This document shows positions 11,862 through 24,395 of a stretch of 60,207 nucleotides of DNA, piece by piece. Source of the DNA: Nemertoderma westbladi (lineage: Eukaryota > Animalia > Xenacoelomorpha); the NCBI GenBank assembly GCA_032718475.1, contig JAUCBJ010006761.1, positions 1 through 60,207 on the forward strand, in the 5' to 3' direction. The notes below the pieces were generated by a model. The model was not told the origin of the DNA and searched no databases. It saw only the letters and a program-made list of their open reading frames with translations. The stretch's first letter is position 1. The number at the start of each line of letters is the position of its first letter. Position numbers and translations under genes: made by a program.

Positions 11862-14800
11862 TCATTCCCGAGTTAGAGAATTCTTCCACACACGTCTACC
11901 GTTGTGACTTTGAAACATTGCGTTCCCTCCAGTCGGCTTTACAGTTCGCAGGGCACCGAGCTGATGACGACTAATGTTGCGTGGTAGAGCGTAGATCGTC
12001 CAAACAACAACCTCATTGTACCCTGGTGTCGTTAACGAACCGTTGTACCTGTAAGAAGAGTTGAGAAGGACACTGAACAAGAGGGAGAAACCATTGTGAC
12101 TATGAGGGGAATAGATAAGATGGTGAGAGGAAATGATTGTTTATGGAATGGTCCACATTTATTGTCAACCATATAAAATAAAATGTTGGTGAAATGGCAT
12201 TTAAGGAAAAAAAGTACATTAGTTGTCTTCGGGCGTTAGGCCAGAAATTAGTCACAAAGTCTGACGACTTATTTCCAGTGCTGTCCCCCTTGAACTATTC
12301 TCCCCCGAGGAAACTCCAGTACTCATTCAGGTACCACATGAGGATGCAAGTAGAGAGATACGCCCTGGCTGGTCCCTTCAGAACTTTCGGTACCGAAACG
12401 AACTGCCCTGGACCCCATGCGGTGATAGAACCGACGATATCCGTAGAGATGTGAATTCAATGCAACCAACAAGGTGTGGACATAATGGACTAGGTACTAG
12501 AGTTGGGTGTGTCGTGTCTCTATGCCTACCTGTAGTAATGTTGGTTGTGGTGTATCTCTATTCCTACCTGTAGTAATGTTGGTTGTGGTGTATCTCTATT
12601 CCTACCTGTAGTAATGTTGGTTGTGGTGTATCTCTATTCCTACCTGTAGTAATGTTGGTTGTGGTGTGTCTCTAGCAATCGTTGAAGATTAACCTTTTTC
12701 CCGAGTTTAACCTTAGAATTTTCACTTTTCAGTTCCTCAGCTTTATCGAGAATGGCAGCAATAACCTCATGGCCACGCCCCTTCTCTTCCTATATGTGTG
12801 ATAATAAATTTAAACATCAAATTTCAAAACATCAATAAATTGAAACATAACAATTTTCTCACTAATATAGAAATTAGTGTATATTAATTATAAAGCCTTA
12901 GAGCTGATTTGTATTTCAAATTATAATAATTGTATTAATTTTTTCTATGCAAGGCCCCGTGATAATAATATTTTAAATATTAGTAAAGATAATGAGAGTT
13001 CGCACCTTAAGCAGGAATGCTATTACAGCCATACCATCGGGTGTAGTTAATGCTTCCTTTAGTGGTAGACCCTGTACTTTACAGACTATGTGCAGCTCAG
13101 CTGCGTACTTGGCACCATTGATTGCGTGTTCCGAGCCATCTTCCGAGGTTGACCCCCAGTGGATGTGGACATTATGTATCTCGTAGTTACCGCTACCGGG
13201 TAGACTACCGCCCGTAACTCGGGGGAGATCAACATCCTCTCTGAACGACAGCTGGGATATGAAAATATAATGAGAATATTAGTCAGCGATATGTGGTTAA
13301 GACAACTGTAGGTCAGAATGAAATATGTTGAAAGGGTGCAGCAGCTACTACAGTAGTACTACGTACAGTATAATCGGCCTGCTGCATTGAAGCTGCCCAT
13401 TGAGATGCTATGGTGGCTTAACAAAAATATTTTGCCACCGCCATGCAATCCATAAATGGCATGCCACAATCAGCAGCGTGAATTAAGAATGCTGTGCCGG
13501 CTTATCAACAAAGTTGCACCGCCACAACTCGTTATCCCCCATGACTTTCGCGAGATTAACCGCATCTTCAAGGGCAGTGTCCTACAATATAAGAGGCGTC
13601 TCAAGAAAGTCATGGCTGTCTACCATGCTGATTTTCTCAATGGGGCTGCCACAGCACAATATTATGCACAGGCTGGTCTTTACGGCGAAACCAATGTCCT
13701 GCAAAGCGGAGGCGGCTTTGTGCAGTGGTTACAGACCTTTGAGCTACGGAAAGTCGCGTTACGGCGGGGTTGCCGCTAATAAAACTCTCCCAAAAAAACG
13801 CGACAAGATTACATTTTTACAATTTGAGTGCTACTCAGGTACATTGTGACCATTTCACCCACAACTGTCCCTTAATACACATGAAACACGTCGCTTCACT
13901 TATTGTCTGTGTGAAACCGCAGTGTAACCCGGATAGGGATTGGGTTGGCGAATTAATATATCGTCTCAATGTTAAATTATCAATTAAGGGAAAGGAGCAG
14001 GTTACAGTAACAGTAGCATGTTATTCTAACCAAAACAATAAACTAAAGTCAATAGAACATGGTACAGTTTTATCATTTTTGAGAGTAATCAGAAGTTATT
14101 TGTGTCGATTTTCCCCTGGAGAGGGATGAATTTTGAATTCGTCGAAAGTAGCCCCCTCCTCACCCTATATCTGATCTTTCAACTTACATGCGCTATACTT
14201 ACTTACTTACTTTATTCCAAAATTGTAACATTACTCAACGCTGTTAGTATTAACAGCGGGTTGTTATTTAGCACTTTACAACTTTAGAGGACATTACAGT
14301 ATTGTATTGGCCTTTACATCTATAGTAGTACTGTAATAGTGTACTAATAGTGTAAAATTTGTATATTATTATGTTATTAATGTCCCATTAACGTGACTTT
14401 ACATCACGCCGTCATGGTTACCACATAAACAACAGTTGGTATTTATTATTAATGCCAGACAGCCAGATAGGCCTACTGCATTACCTACCGGTAGCTATTA
14501 ATAATCAGTAGCTATAAACTATTAACTGGCTCCAAACGCCACCATAAATATAAGCTAACTCATTTATAACATAATATGTCATTTTTACATTTACTGTATT
14601 TATACAGCAACTAATAATTTAAATTGTGCAGTTTCTATCACTTATAATATATATACAATCATTTAGTAATGTTACAATTTTGGAATAAAACTATACATGC
14701 ACTGCGGCAAAGTACTTTACATTGTTCTGATCCTCGTGGCTTTAATTTCACTGACTCACTACGTTTGTTCGTGTAACAAAGCCACTCGTATCGTCACACT

Positions 14801-15115
14801 GTAAAGTGCTACTTTATACACAAGTATGTAAATAGTTATTACATGCACAAAAGGTTAGTGTTTAGCCAGGCTGGGAAAAATAAAAAAAAATTGTTGAAAG
14901 ATTCCTGTATTTTGTCTGAACATTTATAGCGAACTCACTTCTATACTGCGACCATTGTTCCGCACAAATGTTCCATCTTTGGTGGCTATAACAGGGAACT
15001 GGAACGGATGCAATGTACTGTAATGCCAATCGGTAATGTTGATGGGAGATTGAGACTTCCCCTCACCGAACGCAATCTCTCTGACTTCTTCTGTTTGAGA
15101 TTGTTCTGCACCCAT
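11862..15115 (-). CDS. Alpha-carbonic anhydrase, 4 exons (15115-14939, 13251-13006, 12789-12644, 12048-11862), ~251 aa
   Basis: Motifs QSPINI, NNG, VHIHWG (Zn His94/His96), GSEH, AELHIV (His119), MAVIAF, YYRYNGSLTTP..E.V.W; all introns GT-AG with consistent phases; 756 nt of coding sequence including the stop. Confidence 0.92.
12515..12673. repeat. 38-bp tandem repeat x4 containing the CA exon-3 end and splice donor
   Basis: CCTACCTGTAGTAATGTTGGTTGTGGTGTATCTCTATT at 12525, 12563, 12601, 12639. Confidence 0.9.
13945..14160 (+). mobile_element. Copy of a ~230-bp interspersed MITE family
   Basis: Core GGAAAGGAGCAGGTTACAG...TTTCCCCTGGAGAGGGATGAATTTT shared with the copies at 23430, 30041 and 30460. 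Confidence 0.75.
14684..14840. mobile_element. Palindromic MITE-like element in CA intron 1
   Basis: Imperfect inverted arms ACTTTACA..GTGGCTTT / AAAGCCAC..TGTAAAGT around CTCACTACGTT. Confidence 0.45.
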
Positions 15116-15924
15116 TACCGGTAATAAGGAACCTGGCTTATTATTTGCTTAGATACAATAAATACCTGTTTAACAGTGTTAATACTGTTTACCAGAAGTA
15201 GACCTACAGTCCTACAGAACGGTAATAAGTCAACAAGACTTGCGGTTTTTTGTCATTGCATAGTTAATAAGAAAACGCACATAAGGTTTTATTGAAATAT
15301 TTGTCTTTTGACTTGCGGTTTTTTACTATTAGCAGAAAAGGCGCGAAATTCAAAATTGAAATTTCACCAAAGTGACTTGCGGTGTTTTATCCTCAAGTGG
15401 CTGAGCAGAATTTAATGAGGATTTCAAATCTGAAAACGTCTTGGCGAGATCTGTTTGTATTAATTACCAGAAGAAGCCCCGATGGGAGAAAGAAAGCTTG
15501 TAATTGAACTGTTGTTAATAATTCCATTAGTCACCTCAGCCTGAGGTGAACCCGCCATCCTACACTAACTTTTAGTATGATAATTCCTTCTTAAGTGCTT
15601 TAAGGAAGATCGCTTTTAGTTTTCGAGTTATCACTGTCTCTCCATGTCTGCCGGTCTGACCGTCAAAATGTAAGTTTATCGACAGACAGCCAGAGCCAGA
15701 CCAAAAGTCAGACAGTCTATATTGTACCGAACATAAAAATTGATATTGGAAATTACCGTAAATCGCGGACTTCGAAAACCACCATAATGAAAATTATAGC
15801 TCTGTGGTGTGCTTCCTTAACCCTTTGAGGACTGCGGGACTCCGGAGTCCCAAACACAAAAGCTAAGCTCCTGAAGTTTACTTTTGCACTTTGGACGAAA
15901 TATTTGTTTTAGTGGACTAATTAT

Positions 15925-16186
15925 TGAATGGGAGAATCTTTTAGGCTAGTTAAGCCAGGGAATGCCTGTTCACCACCATGGGTGATCTTCCACAGTAAAC
16001 CCTTCCACTCTGTTTCCCAAGTTGCCTTGGTTCCCATTTATCGACCACTGAAGGATGAAAGCCGGGGTTGGGCTAGGCTGCAGCATTTAAAGCACTGTGC
16101 CCAAACAGTGCTGCTCCATTTAGGGATCGAACCCGGGCTCCCTATTCGGAAGCACAGTAATGTCACCACTAGACCAAGCTGCTGCT
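15925..16186 (-). mobile_element. tRNA-derived SINE nested in the piggyBac
   Basis: On - strand: A box TGGTCTAGTGG, B box GGTTCGATCCC, core CCTTCAGTGGTCGATAAATGGG; 12-bp TSD TGGACTAATTAT at 15913-15924 and 16187-16198. Confidence 0.88.
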
Positions 16187-16806
16187 TGGACTAATTATAG
16201 ATGAGAGCAACTCATCCCAGCGAAATTTCACAAATTTAATTATTTGTTAAGTTTTTATATAATCTCAAATTTGAAAAATATTTTTTTTACTTTGACAATG
16301 TTTGGAGAACTGTAGTTCTGAGTCAATGAGTCATTAAGTGCAGTAATAACTGAAATTAAATAGACACACCTTCCCTTTATTCAAAACAACTAACAACATT
16401 TGTATACATATTACAGGGAAAAAATACCAGTTGTTTCCGTTTGCGGGATCTGGGAGTCCCGCTGTCCTTAAGTAACTTTTTTATCAAATGAGCTGAAATA
16501 ACAGGACTTCTGTCAGTCTGATGCCTGTCGAACACCGGACAGTGTTTTCACGGTATCGGCGACGATTGGCTGCTTTTAATGGCCCTTACAGATACATTGT
16601 CTACAAATTTAACCTACCGGTTCATTTTAGGTGGTTCGTTTTCTCAATCATATTTACCGGTCACTGCTATCAGCTGTTTAACAGTCAGGCCTATTTCAGT
16701 ATTTATAGTGATGAATTTCAATTAGCTACTTGCTAGTACTGCTGTACTGTACTAGCCAAACAGCCTAACCAGGGCTGAGGGCTGCTAAGTAGGGCCGGGC
16801 TGGCTG

Positions 16807-17607
16807 TAGGGCTCGATCGGAGTTGGGATTTGGCCGGAGCCGGAGCAGGAGCCGGAGTTGGACAATTTGGCCGGAGCCGGAGCAGGAGCCGGAGTTTTTC
16901 AAAAATTTTAAAAATTTAATTATTTATTTAAAAAAAAATAAAGTATGGTTATCGTTTGCCAATCGCTCATAATCAATCATACTGTAGGTCTAATTAATTT
17001 CATAATTTATAGATTTACGAATTTTCAATTTAAAATTTAAGTAATTAATTTATCACGGACAGACGGCCTGACGCTGACTGCGACGGCCTGACCTGATGCT
17101 GACGGCGACGGCCTGACGCTGACGGCTAAAAATTACCTACAGTACCTAACTCGCTAACTGTCTAACTGTGGTAGAGGTGTGTACTGTGGGTAGCCTACCG
17201 TACGTGTCAGCGTGTACCAGTACTGCAGTACAGTATGCTGGCATGACAGCAGTAAATGGCTGCAGTGGTACAGTCTGACAGTGTACAATCATATCATTTA
17301 CAATTTTTTAAAGTAGGGCCTATCTGTAATAGTCTGCTAGTCAGCCACCTGGCCAGTACCAGTACTACAGTACAGTCAGTCATTGACTTTAAGTAAATAC
17401 TGCAGTATTATCAGATTATACTTGATATTGAAGCTGTATTACAGTACTTATAGTGTTAAATAATTGTTCAGATTAGAATACGCACGAAATATAATACTTT
17501 ATTAAAAAATTAACTCCGGCAATATTTTTACCGGAGCCGGAGCAGGAGCCGGAGGTGCCAAAATGGCCGGAGCCGGAGCCGGAGGCCGGAGCTCCGATCG
17601 AGCCCTA
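16807..17607. mobile_element. hAT-type MITE nested in the piggyBac
   Basis: 16-bp TIR TAGGGCTCGATCGGAG; 8-bp TSD GCTGGCTG; subterminal GCCGGA repeats. Confidence 0.9.
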
Positions 17608-18241
17608 GCTGGCTGTAGGTAATAATTTGGCCCAACTATTAGTAACTTAATATTATAGCAAGGCCTATATTCTATTCATACAGGACATACGTTAGCAGCC
17701 TACTACCGGGAGGGCCTCCACCTGTACTGTACCGGTACTGCTGTACTGTAGGTATGTGTACAGTAGTACTGACGCAGTGTTCTGTAACCTGCTCCTTTCC
17801 CTCAATTGGTTAAGTGGCCGTTTATTGTTTTGGTTAGACTGTTAAAAAAGCCTGCCTCTATAACCTGCTCCTTTCCCTCAATTGGTTTATGATGTGTGTT
17901 ACTCAGTTACTTATATTAGGCCTACAGCTGTACAGTATTACTGTATCATGTGGAGGCCCCCAAACGCTGTTAATCCCACCACCGGTATTAATTACATGGT
18001 TTGGTTACCATCAGACTGTACCTGCAACCTGTATCCTCTGATCCTGGTATCTGAGTTGAGTGGGGGTACCTACAACCTAGGCCTATATACATTGATACTG
18101 TAGGCCTACATACAATTGACAATTATTTAGTTATATGTTTGGCAATATCTCAATACGGCATTACAGAAACATTCGCTTCAAATATTACAGCATTACTGGT
18201 ACCGGTACTGTGTTTATCTGTCTGTATAATCTGATAATATT

Positions 18242-20380
18242 ATGGAATCTACCGGTACTCCCAGTTCTGGCTCAAAAATTCGAAAGTTTGTGAAACCCAT
18301 ATCTGTCAGTGGAAACAATGTTTATTCCATTCTCGATTGTATTGATAGTGATGAGGAAGATGATGTAGAAAATCTTTTAAATGATTCTGATACTGAATTT
18401 TTTCATTTTGACGGTTTTGACTTCGAGAGTGAGAGTGCTCATAATTTAGAAACATTAGAACATCCTTCTTGTGCACCTGGTTTAGAGGCCGTAATTCGGA
18501 ACACTGAACAAGTAGATAGATCTACTACTGATTCTGAAATGATTGAAACGGGAGGCCTAGGTCTATCATCTAAAGTCTCGACTTCTAGTGAGAGTAGTAG
18601 GCCTATTGAGCCTAGTGCGAAATCAAACTGTGTAGTACCTGTAGAACGCAAACAATATCCAGTCCGCAAACGAGTTCGGATAGTTGATATTTTGAATAGG
18701 GGTAGGCCTAAGGAAAAATCGAAGGTAGCAAAGAAAGTCCCCCAGGCACCTGTTAGTGTACCAGATCTGGCGGAACAGCAGCAGGCCGAGTTTTCCCCTC
18801 AAGAACCTGTAATTGTCAGGAATAAGCCTATTCCATCGAAGAACAGATCATCAAAGTCAACAGGGAATACTTTTGATAAGCCTAGGCCTATAGAATGGAA
18901 ACGGAGATATGGCCCTAATCCTAAGTTACCTTGTATTTATGATGGTTTCCCTAGTATAGTGGGACCTTTATCTGATCTTGATGTCTTCAAAGCAGTTACC
19001 AATTGGGATTCTCTCTTACTCATGACTTGCACACAATCAAATGAGTATGCCTTGCAGAACGGGAGGCAATTTGTTGTTACCCCAGATGAGCTCAGTGCCT
19101 TTTTTGGAATAAACTTTGTAATGTCAATTGTGAAACTTCCCAGTCTCAAAGATTACTGGTCAACTTCTCGTGTCATGAGCCAGCCAATAATCTCTAGTAC
19201 CATGACAAGGGCAAGGTTTCTGGATATTTTACAAAATCTACATGTTTCCGACAATAAGCTTGCACTTCCTCGTGACCATCCCAATTGTGACCGAGCTGCT
19301 AAGATCCGTCCCTTGATAGACCACCTCAATGCTTCCTTCAAATCTGTCAAGCAACCTGCTCCCCATCAAGCTGTTGATGAACACATGGTTAAGTATAAAG
19401 GCCACCAAATCATGAAACAATTTGTAAAAGGAAAGCCTATTCGGTATGGGTTCAAGTTATGGTTTAGATGTGCTTCTAAAACTGGCTTTGTTGAGAAACT
19501 AGACATCTATGTTGGAAAGAAGAATTCTGGACCAGAGATTGGTTTAGGTGAGTCTGTTGTACTTGATTTGGTGGATGATTTGAAAGACAGCTTTGTGACA
19601 ATTGCCTCAGATAACTTCTTCACTAGTCCTAATCTTGTCCAAAAATTAACTGAAATGAACTTGTACTCAGTAGGTACTTGTCGAGTAAACCGCAAACAAT
19701 TTCCTGTTGATATGCTCAAAGATGACAAGGAAATGAAGAGAGGAGACATTGATTGGCGTTGCTCAGGATCACTCGTTGCCACCAAGTGGGTTGATAATCG
19801 TTCTGTTTATATGTTGGATAATTTCATCAATCCTAGAGAAACTGTAGTTGTAAAGAGGCGCCAAGCTGGGACTACTGATAAGCTGTCCATTCAGTGCCCA
19901 AAATCAGTCCAAGTCTACAACAAACTCATGGGTGGAGTAGATCTATGTGATCAAATGAAGGCCAGCTACGAGTTAGATCGAAAGTCCAGGTTTCGGTTTT
20001 ATTTACGATTAATATTTGATCTATTGGATGTCAGTGTTGTTAATTCCTTCCGACTCCAGGAACAACTAACCGGTGAGAAGTCCCGACTGCTAGATTATAA
20101 ACTTAATCTCGCACAGTGTCTAATTGGAAACTTCTGCAGCCGTACTAGGGAAGCTCCCACCAATTACCGCAAGAAGATTCTTCCACCAATTGTTTCTAAT
20201 GCTCTGAATGCCCACATGCCTCAGCTAGATGATGGGCGAGGCAGATGTGCCCAGTGTGCTAAGCAGATAATAGATCATATATTAGATGTAAAGCCTGTCA
20301 AGTACATCTTTGCATTGTATCTGGAATCAATGCTCGCAATTGCTTCGAAGAGTACCATAATTAGTCTAAACTTTAATTAA
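18242..20380 (+). CDS. piggyBac transposase (PGBD-like) with a frameshifted C-terminal cysteine-rich domain
   Basis: Catalytic DDD motifs AVDEHM, ASDNFF, MGGVDLCD; KPIRYGFK; the CRD continues in another frame after ~20262 (DNRSYIRCKACQVHLC...NCFEEYH). Confidence 0.93.
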   Translation: MESTGTPSSGSKIRKFVKPISVSGNNVYSILDCIDSDEEDDVENLLNDSDTEFFHFDGFDFESESAHNLETLEHPSCAPGLEAVIRNTEQVDRSTTDSEMIETGGLGLSSKVSTSSESSRPIEPSAKSNCVVPVERKQYPVRKRVRIVDILNRGRPKEKSKVAKKVPQAPVSVPDLAEQQQAEFSPQEPVIVRNKPIPSKNRSSKSTGNTFDKPRPIEWKRRYGPNPKLPCIYDGFPSIVGPLSDLDVFKAVTNWDSLLLMTCTQSNEYALQNGRQFVVTPDELSAFFGINFVMSIVKLPSLKDYWSTSRVMSQPIISSTMTRARFLDILQNLHVSDNKLALPRDHPNCDRAAKIRPLIDHLNASFKSVKQPAPHQAVDEHMVKYKGHQIMKQFVKGKPIRYGFKLWFRCASKTGFVEKLDIYVGKKNSGPEIGLGESVVLDLVDDLKDSFVTIASDNFFTSPNLVQKLTEMNLYSVGTCRVNRKQFPVDMLKDDKEMKRGDIDWRCSGSLVATKWVDNRSVYMLDNFINPRETVVVKRRQAGTTDKLSIQCPKSVQVYNKLMGGVDLCDQMKASYELDRKSRFRFYLRLIFDLLDVSVVNSFRLQEQLTGEKSRLLDYKLNLAQCLIGNFCSRTREAPTNYRKKILPPIVSNALNAHMPQLDDGRGRCAQCAKQIIDHILDVKPVKYIFALYLESMLAIASKSTIISLNFN

Positions 20381-23093
20381 TTAATAATTTCATAATTAGT
20401 CTGCAATAATTGTTACATTGGTACCCAGTACCTGTATATAATAGTTCTTAGTGGGAATTTCCAGTTATAAATAATTTTCATAATTTCATTCTTTTTTGTA
20501 ATTTTCTCAGTAGCCTTTATTGTTTATATGCCTGCCTGTGCTAAACTTAGTTTAATTATTAATAGTTGTTACTTTGATATATATAATGGCCCTACTCTAG
20601 CTTGCATTTCCACTTTCCAGTTAATAAAAATTTTAGTTATTTTCGCAATTTTTCATTTTTTTCATTTTTTTTAGAAATTTCTGCTATTTTTCAGAATTTC
20701 CGGGAATTCCTAAAACTCTTGGACCTTCTTCTTGGCACGTTTAGGTGTACACATATACTGCCAGCTAATTTGGACTGGCCAGTTCATCATAATTTCCAAC
20801 AATTTATACCTTTTCATTGATTTTATTGAAAAATGCCCAGGTTCACCTTAAGGACCATAGGGACTCCGGGATCCCGGCTCAGATTTCTATGAAGGCATTG
20901 AAATTTTTCAAAGTCCTTTTGTTTTTATGTTTTTATATCGGCCTTGACCCCAAATATTCACTTGAATCAAATGTGGCACTTCTGGAACACTTGTGGTCCT
21001 CAAAGGGTTAAAGGGAAATGTGTGGGTGAACTAGTTAATAATATCTTTTAATATATTATAAATTAATTAATAACATATTAGTAATAAATTAATAATACCT
21101 TAATGAATAATTTATTTTTGGAGAACAATATTTATTGCTATAATATATTAATATTTTAATATTATACAATATTATTTATTTATTGCGGAACTGCTATTCA
21201 TTTTTAGAAAATCAAAAAGTAATTGGGACATTAAAACAATGATATTTGGCTAAATTATATATTATTTGGGTTATTCGAATTATTTTGTTATTAAAATATT
21301 TATAGCATGGGAAATTTCAGTATAAAATAATATATTCAGAGGGTATATTTTATTTATATTGGGTATGAAAATCATTAACATTTGGGGCAATAATTATGGT
21401 ACAAAATGAATATATTATTTGGTGCAAAAAGTATAAAAAACTGGGAAGCGTTTTAGTTGATATTTAGAATGAATTTTTTGGATCAAACTTAAACAAAAAC
21501 CCAGTAAGGTTTAATATATCTAAAATTCCACCGTGAATTGAAAACTTAAAATGAATAAATTTTACAATATAAATATACGTTTTTATTATGAGATATATTG
21601 ACGTCGTACAAGTTGGCTCGCACGATGTAATTGTAATTTGAAAAGTGCAATATAAATTTTTTACACTACTACAGTCTAATCACTAATGATTTTCACTAAA
21701 AGCGGAACCTACTGTTGTACTACTGTACAGTAAGCCTACCTTGCAGACTTATGTAGTATAAGAAAGGCCGGATGCCGATGCAAAGGACAACGTATATAAT
21801 TTTTCAATCAAATGACAGAGATGTTGTTATTTGATCCAACCATGTATAAAGGCCTGAGGGAATCACGGTCTGATGAACATATGTTTATGGCTATTTATAG
21901 CTGATTTACAGTAGTTTCCTGAACTACTGTATGTATGGGAACTGTTGCAATGTAACAGGTTACTGCGTAACATTCAAAAGTCATTAAAAAACACTTATCT
22001 ACTGAAATCCAATTTCCGACTACACAGTGGCTTCGTGGGTGACATATCCGAAAAGACCAGACCTTTTTTTAATAATAATAATATAATTATTTATAAAGCG
22101 CGAAAATTATATAGGGGTTGTCCTCTACAGAAACTACTGTAGTATGAAATTATGAATGTAAAGTATCCTTGTATGTACATATAAGTAAGTAAATTATGTA
22201 ACCTATCAAGGGTACGGCTCCACATATAGTTGGTAAAATATTACGTAACATTACATAATAAAATCTCAGCAAATAAAATAACAATTTTCGGGACATGGGT
22301 TAAAAATTAGAATGACAAAATGAGATTGCACCAAATTATGGGTGCGGTAGTTACAGTAATTAAAATTAATACTACAGAATAAAACGAGAAAAAACGACGA
22401 CTATAATAAAGTTATAATATGATAGTTCTTGGATATTTATGAAATTAAAGATGTGAAAAGTAATTAATTATGAAGTAACTAAAAAACAGTAAATGTAAAA
22501 TATACTGTAGTTCGGTAGTCATTTAGTTAAAAATGTTAAGTTCAGTTTATTGTAAAAAGTTTGGAGATATCAATGTGAGACATAAAGCTACATAGCCTAT
22601 AAAGTATTATATTAAAGTACGCGAATATACCTTTCATTGATACTGTGTTACAGTATATACTGTGTTACAGTATAAACTGTCGTAAATGACAGAATGATGG
22701 TACTTAATTAACTAATTCAGAATTTTATTACTGTAAATCGTTTATTGTTGTGGTTAGTAAAGTCAGACTCAGTCTGATCCTTTCCATCAATTGAACGGCT
22801 TTTTGCTTCCGCATATTATTATGTCCGCCTCTGTAACCTGGATGTTTCCTTCAATTATAGTAACCGGATCGTTTTTTGTTTGGTTAGAAAATCCCGCCCC
22901 TGTAACCTGATCCTTTCCCCGTTAATTTCCGTCAAACGTTAACATTGACGGGTATGTATTTGAAAGAGGTTTTTGCTATTGGGCGCCGCGCCATACAACA
23001 ATTTAATATTTTGATATGGGGAGAGTTCTATAAATTTTCATTTGCTGCAATTTGGTCAAAGGACGTAATTGAAGCATCCTCGTTAAGTAAGAT

Positions 23094-23161
23094 CAAGGAC
23101 TTCTAGAACATAGTATATATTCATAGAACATAGAATGTTTACTATGTTCTAGAAGTCCTTG
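23094..23161. mobile_element. 68-bp P-element-like mini-MITE
   Basis: 22-bp TIR CAAGGACTTCTAGAACATAGTA; 7-bp TSD GTAAGAT on both sides. Confidence 0.75.
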
Positions 23162-23429
23162 GTAAGATACAAAATTTTATGGTAGCTAGTGTTTAAGGTA
23201 GGTTAAGCTGGTAATTTCAACACTGGTTCCGACATCCTACTTCCTTCTATAAATATTTTGTAGTAGCTAGTTCTTGTTACTATTTGTATAGAAAATGTTC
23301 CAGAAGATGTTAGCTATTCATTTTAAAAAAAATTATTTTCTAGAACAAATATTTTTTGTTCTAGAAAATTTTTTAGAAAAAAATCTGGATTCTATTTAAA
23401 AAGCATGGGATCGTTCTAAAACGTGTTTT

Positions 23430-23650
23430 AACCTGCGAATTAATATCCCGCCTCAATGTTAAATTCTCAATTTAAGGAAAGGAGCAGGTTACAGTGGCGC
23501 ACGTAATTTTAACCAAAACAATAAACTAAGCACAATAGAACAGGTTACAGTTTTATTTTTGAGAATAACCAGCTGTTATTTGCGTCGAATTTCCCCTGGA
23601 GAGGGATGAATTTTTATTGCGTCCAGTCCCCCCCCCCCCCCCCCCCCCCC
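23430..23650 (+). mobile_element. Copy of the ~230-bp MITE family
   Basis: Same core as 30041-30268, ending TTGCGTCCAGT plus poly-C. Confidence 0.8.
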
Positions 23651-24395
23651 CCTATATGGGCATTCGTGGGCTATCTTGTGTAACTAAACTGAAATCGAAC
23701 CTTGCTCTTAAATCAATTCAAGTTAAGAGCCAGACTTGGTCTCGAATTGGAATGGATTGAATAGGGCCGCTACCGTTCACGCTGAAGGACGTGAGTTCGT
23801 GGCAGAAGTTAATGAGCAGCTTTTTAAGTATTCATTAATACCACCCACTGTACATTGTTATGTATCATTGTATATTGTTTATGGTATTCTGGTATACTTA
23901 TGATATGTAATAAATAGGCCTAATGTAATGTGTAATGAAATTACAATTGAATCCCTTATTTCAAACCTTAAAATCACCGGGGGGGGGGGGGGGCATTCTG
24001 CGCGGTAGGGGGCCATATGGCGCTAGGCCTATGTGGCCCGGGGGGACATTTGGCGCTAGGCGAATATGCCCCCCTGGGCATTCCGCGCGGGGGGACATTT
24101 TCGCATGTGACACCAGACACCGGTACCCTGCTATATAGCCAATATTCAATACTGCAATACAGCAATACTACTGACAGTACAGTAGCAGTAATCATCCTTG
24201 CCCCGGTCTGTCTACCTATCTTCTGTCCATGGCGTGTCAGCGTGTGCTGGTGCTGGTCTCTATCCACTATCAGTCTATTTTATTACAGTACAGCAGCAGT
24301 ATTAGATACGGTACAAAGATACCCGTTAAGCTGTTTTATTGAGCCTTATTTTTGAATATTTTTATACCGTCCTGTGAACTTCTGAACTTATTAAA

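Larger units (their letters stand above)
15821..21007 (+). mobile_element. piggyBac DNA transposon, full length
   Basis: TTAA at 15817-15820 and 21008-21011; TIR CCCTTTGAGGAC/GTCCTCAAAGGG; subterminal GGGACTCC..CCCG repeats; internal transposase. Confidence 0.95.

Noticed and set aside
13456-14287. Cluster of 60-120-aa + strand ORFs
   Set aside because: Inside CA intron 1, overlapping MITE sequence, no recognisable motifs
16090-16186. Functional tRNA gene
   Set aside because: It is the head of a TSD-flanked SINE, and I could not fold a convincing cloverleaf
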